Assembly: GCA_965603825.1 (NCBI GenBank)
Contig: CBFDEM010000013.1
Coordinates: forward strand, 496,001-560,000
Origin: Blepharisma stoltei ATCC 30299
Lineage: Eukaryota > Protista > Ciliophora
DNA: 64,000 bases
Reading direction: 5' to 3'
The stretch's first letter is position 1. The number at the start of each line of letters is the position of its first letter. Positions 61,373-64,000 of this stretch are shown one piece after another. A program made the position numbers and the translations under genes. Below the pieces are notes generated by a model. The model was not told where the DNA came from. It made no database searches and saw only the letters and a list, made by a program, of their open reading frames with translations.

Positions 61373-62320
61373 ATGAGTAAAAGGTCATATTTGTTAAAAC
61401 CGATTGACAGCTCCTTTGAAGCTGTCTTACCTCCTGATAGCCCCAGATCTGCGATGCTGCCACCTTTAAAATTTCCCGATATCTATAACGCTGTAATCTC
61501 CGAAGCTGTTTCACGCTCCCGCAGTCGCAGTGAGTGTCCAAAAGTTATTAAAAAAGAGCCTAACTATGAAAATAATTCAATTTTATCACAGGCAATTGAT
61601 GGTATTTTCAAAGTTCTACCTCAAAATACCATTGGGGAAGTTAAGGCTTATGATCTCGTAAGGCTTTTTATCAGTCTTAAACTATCAGTGAATTCGAAAA
61701 GTATCGTCTCTCTCTTTACAGTAGATGAAAATATACCTTTCCATACGATAAATATCAGCAAACATCACCTTTTTATTATATGTGATGACTCCTATGCTGA
61801 AAAAACGCTTGAGATGTTAACTTCTGAAAGCAAAAAAGAAAAAAAACTCACACTGAACCATAGGAATTACAGAGTAAAAAACTCTCAATCTGAATTTGAC
61901 CAATATTTAGCAACGATTAGGAATATCTGGGATAGAATTGATACCGGAAAAGTTGGGTATTTATTTTGGCTGGATATTGCCAAGCATTTAGTCGAGCTTG
62001 GTATTGTAAAAAATATTTCAATAGGAAAAAAACTTTTAGCGATTTTTAAAAACGATAATGTGAAATTTTTGCAATTTCAAACCCTTTTTAGCAAAGGTTT
62101 AATCAGGAAACTGATATTGGATGTCGCAAAGATTTTGCAGTCATCGAAATCACGGCACATTTCTCCTTTTATAGCGATATCAACAAGGAGAAGAAAAATT
62201 TTGCTGTCAAACGCAATCAATAAATCTCACAACGAATTGAGCGTTTTTCAGCAAATCAATGATTTCGAATCAGAGTACAGTAAAATTTTCATTAAGAATG
62301 ATATATATCATAATTGTTAA
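61373..62320 (+). CDS. Hypothetical protein with degenerate EF-hands
   Basis: 315-aa ORF; WDRIDTGKVGYLFWLDI and VKFLQFQTLF resemble an EF-hand pair. Confidence 0.72.
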   Translation: MSKRSYLLKPIDSSFEAVLPPDSPRSAMLPPLKFPDIYNAVISEAVSRSRSRSECPKVIKKEPNYENNSILSQAIDGIFKVLPQNTIGEVKAYDLVRLFISLKLSVNSKSIVSLFTVDENIPFHTINISKHHLFIICDDSYAEKTLEMLTSESKKEKKLTLNHRNYRVKNSQSEFDQYLATIRNIWDRIDTGKVGYLFWLDIAKHLVELGIVKNISIGKKLLAIFKNDNVKFLQFQTLFSKGLIRKLILDVAKILQSSKSRHISPFIAISTRRRKILLSNAINKSHNELSVFQQINDFESEYSKIFIKNDIYHNC

Positions 62321-62635
62321 TAAATTTCAATTTAGCTTAAAATTTTCTTATGACTTAATTCTAAAACTGAATAATCAATAACTCATTCTTCTTGTTGTGG
62401 TATTTTGGATCCTCTTTATCCTCTATCAACTGAGTCAAGCTATGAAAAAATTGGATATTTAACTATTTTACTTTAATTATCAGCAATTCTAATATTAACA
62501 GCTTCTTATTTCAATAAGATTGAATTTGAGAAAATTTTATATACTTTAAACTTTTAATTTTCCTCAAAAATTTTAAGAAAAATGAAAAAACTCAATATTT
62601 ACAATTGCAAAGATTAGATAAATTAATATAAAATT

Positions 62636-63328
62636 ATGAAAGATTTTAGGAGGTCAATAACAAATTTGCAGCTAAGATTGGTGATAAATTGAGAAATAAA
62701 TGTAAGCAGAGTTGTAAGTGTTATAGAAGTATTCATTGAAGTAATTTTAGGAATTTTGCTAATTGCAATAGGAACAACTTTGCAGGTGGAGCTTGTAGTT
62801 CTTTCAGAGCTTCTTGCTTTTGCGATCGCTGCACCTAGTGCGTTTTATATCAAGATGCCTGACTATAATAAAGTAAGGCTTTGCTTTGGAGCTGAAATAA
62901 TTGGACTACTTGGAAGTATCATTATGATTGTGTTTGCTGATACATGGCTAAATGCTTCCAATGCATTTTGTGATGAAATTTTTACATATTCAAGCGATTC
63001 AAGTTCAGAGTCATCATGCAAACAATTAATGACTGCCCGATATATGATGGTTTCTGCGCTTTCTATTCAAATCACTTCCAGATTTGTTTGCTCTATTTTT
63101 ATTGCCTTAGCTATAAGACGATATATAAAAACCCATGAATTGTCAGAACTATTGAAGGAAGAAAGAAAGAGGAAAAGAGCCGAAGCTTTAAGACAAAGAG
63201 AAGAAAGGGATAGAAGAATCAAGGAAGAAAAGAGAAGAGATTTAAGAGAAAAAATCGAAAAAATGAAGAAAGAAGAGGAAGCGAAATTAAATGAAAAACT
63301 GCCATCTCCCATTATAAAAAAAGTGTAA
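62636..63328 (+). CDS. Four-TM membrane protein with charged coiled-coil tail (~230 aa)
   Basis: ATG 62636 is in frame through one TGA; four hydrophobic segments, a Cys pair in a loop, E/K/R-rich tail. Confidence 0.72.
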
Positions 63329-63905
63329 ATTTAAATTTAAAAATTATGGAAATAGATAGTTAAATTTACTTCTGAAAAGTTATGAATATTTCGGCTTTTT
63401 CTGCACAACTCCAGAAAATCACTCTGCTATTTTTAAAAAAATCAAAACAGCTGCATGCATCAAAGTTTAGAAATAGCAAGCTAAATCTTAATATAAAGTT
63501 AGTAAGAAGAAGCATTAAATTCTCAGGAATGCTAAATATGGATTTTTTTTATTATAAATGTCTGTATGACTCTGGGAATCAAAATTTTGATTCAAAAGCC
63601 ATAAGTATATAATTCATCCATTTAACAGATTCAGATTTTTATTATGTTTTGAATAATTTGCAATCGTAACCAAAAAGTAAAGATATCACAAATATGATAT
63701 TTCTACTGTCAATAATATAAATAAAATAGAAGCATTCGTAGTTAAACAAATTTGCCACAAAATCTATTTTCATATCTTGAATAAGCCAAATAATATAGAT
63801 AGTCACGAATGTTAGTTCTATATTTGCTAAAATAAATTTTATATGGAAAAGCTATGGATACTAAATTGAATAATAGGCATTTACTTACATAATATTTAAG
63901 CTAAA

Positions 63906-64000
63906 ATGCAGAGTGGCATGATGTATTTTCTATATAGAATTCAAGCAAAAATAGCAACATGGGAGCGCGATTCTCATGAACTCTACGACTATAACACAAA
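63906..64000 (+). CDS. Start of a probable alveolate FHA/RINGv protein, runs off window; candidate 15-nt intron 63923-63937
   Basis: ATWERDSHELYDY resembles the TWxRDSHxLFDY N-terminal motif of that family; GTATTTTCTATATAG fits the intron consensus. Confidence 0.6.
   Translation, partial: MQSGMMYFLYRIQAKIATWERDSHELYDYNT

Noticed and set aside
62380-62540. Hydrophobic protein-like stretch (HSSCCGILDPLYP...)
   Set aside because: Interrupted by TAA, no start, too short to support

Overview
AT-rich, gene-dense eukaryotic DNA, most likely the macronuclear genome of a heterotrich ciliate of the Blepharisma type. In-frame TGA codons fall repeatedly on conserved Trp positions (MORN repeats, eIF4E KPMWE, Hook NW, SYS1 WW) and swap with TGG between paralogs, while intact genes end in TAA/TAG. 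Introns are 15-16 nt GT..AG with an A six bases from the 3' end. The supplied standard-code ORF track therefore fragments most genes; rebuilt with TGA=Trp and tiny introns there are about 30 genes. Housekeeping genes: PDH E1 alpha, DDX11, Hook, eIF4E-like, AK7, SDHAF2, SWI3, SYS1, a golgin, a SAXO-like protein. Expanded families: three C2H2 zinc-finger genes at ~2.6 kb spacing, Zn-ribbon/kelch-like genes and pseudogenes, two ~1140-aa Venus-flytrap plus ~9-TM receptor-like genes, five secreted pepsin-family proteases. Strongest leads: the double-VFT/multi-TM receptor pair, absence of UGA-Trp in probably highly expressed genes, a duplicated protease with both DTG motifs altered, a shared protease promoter motif, and a multi-hairpin island near 18.1 kb. 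All translations and alignments were done by eye; no searches were run.
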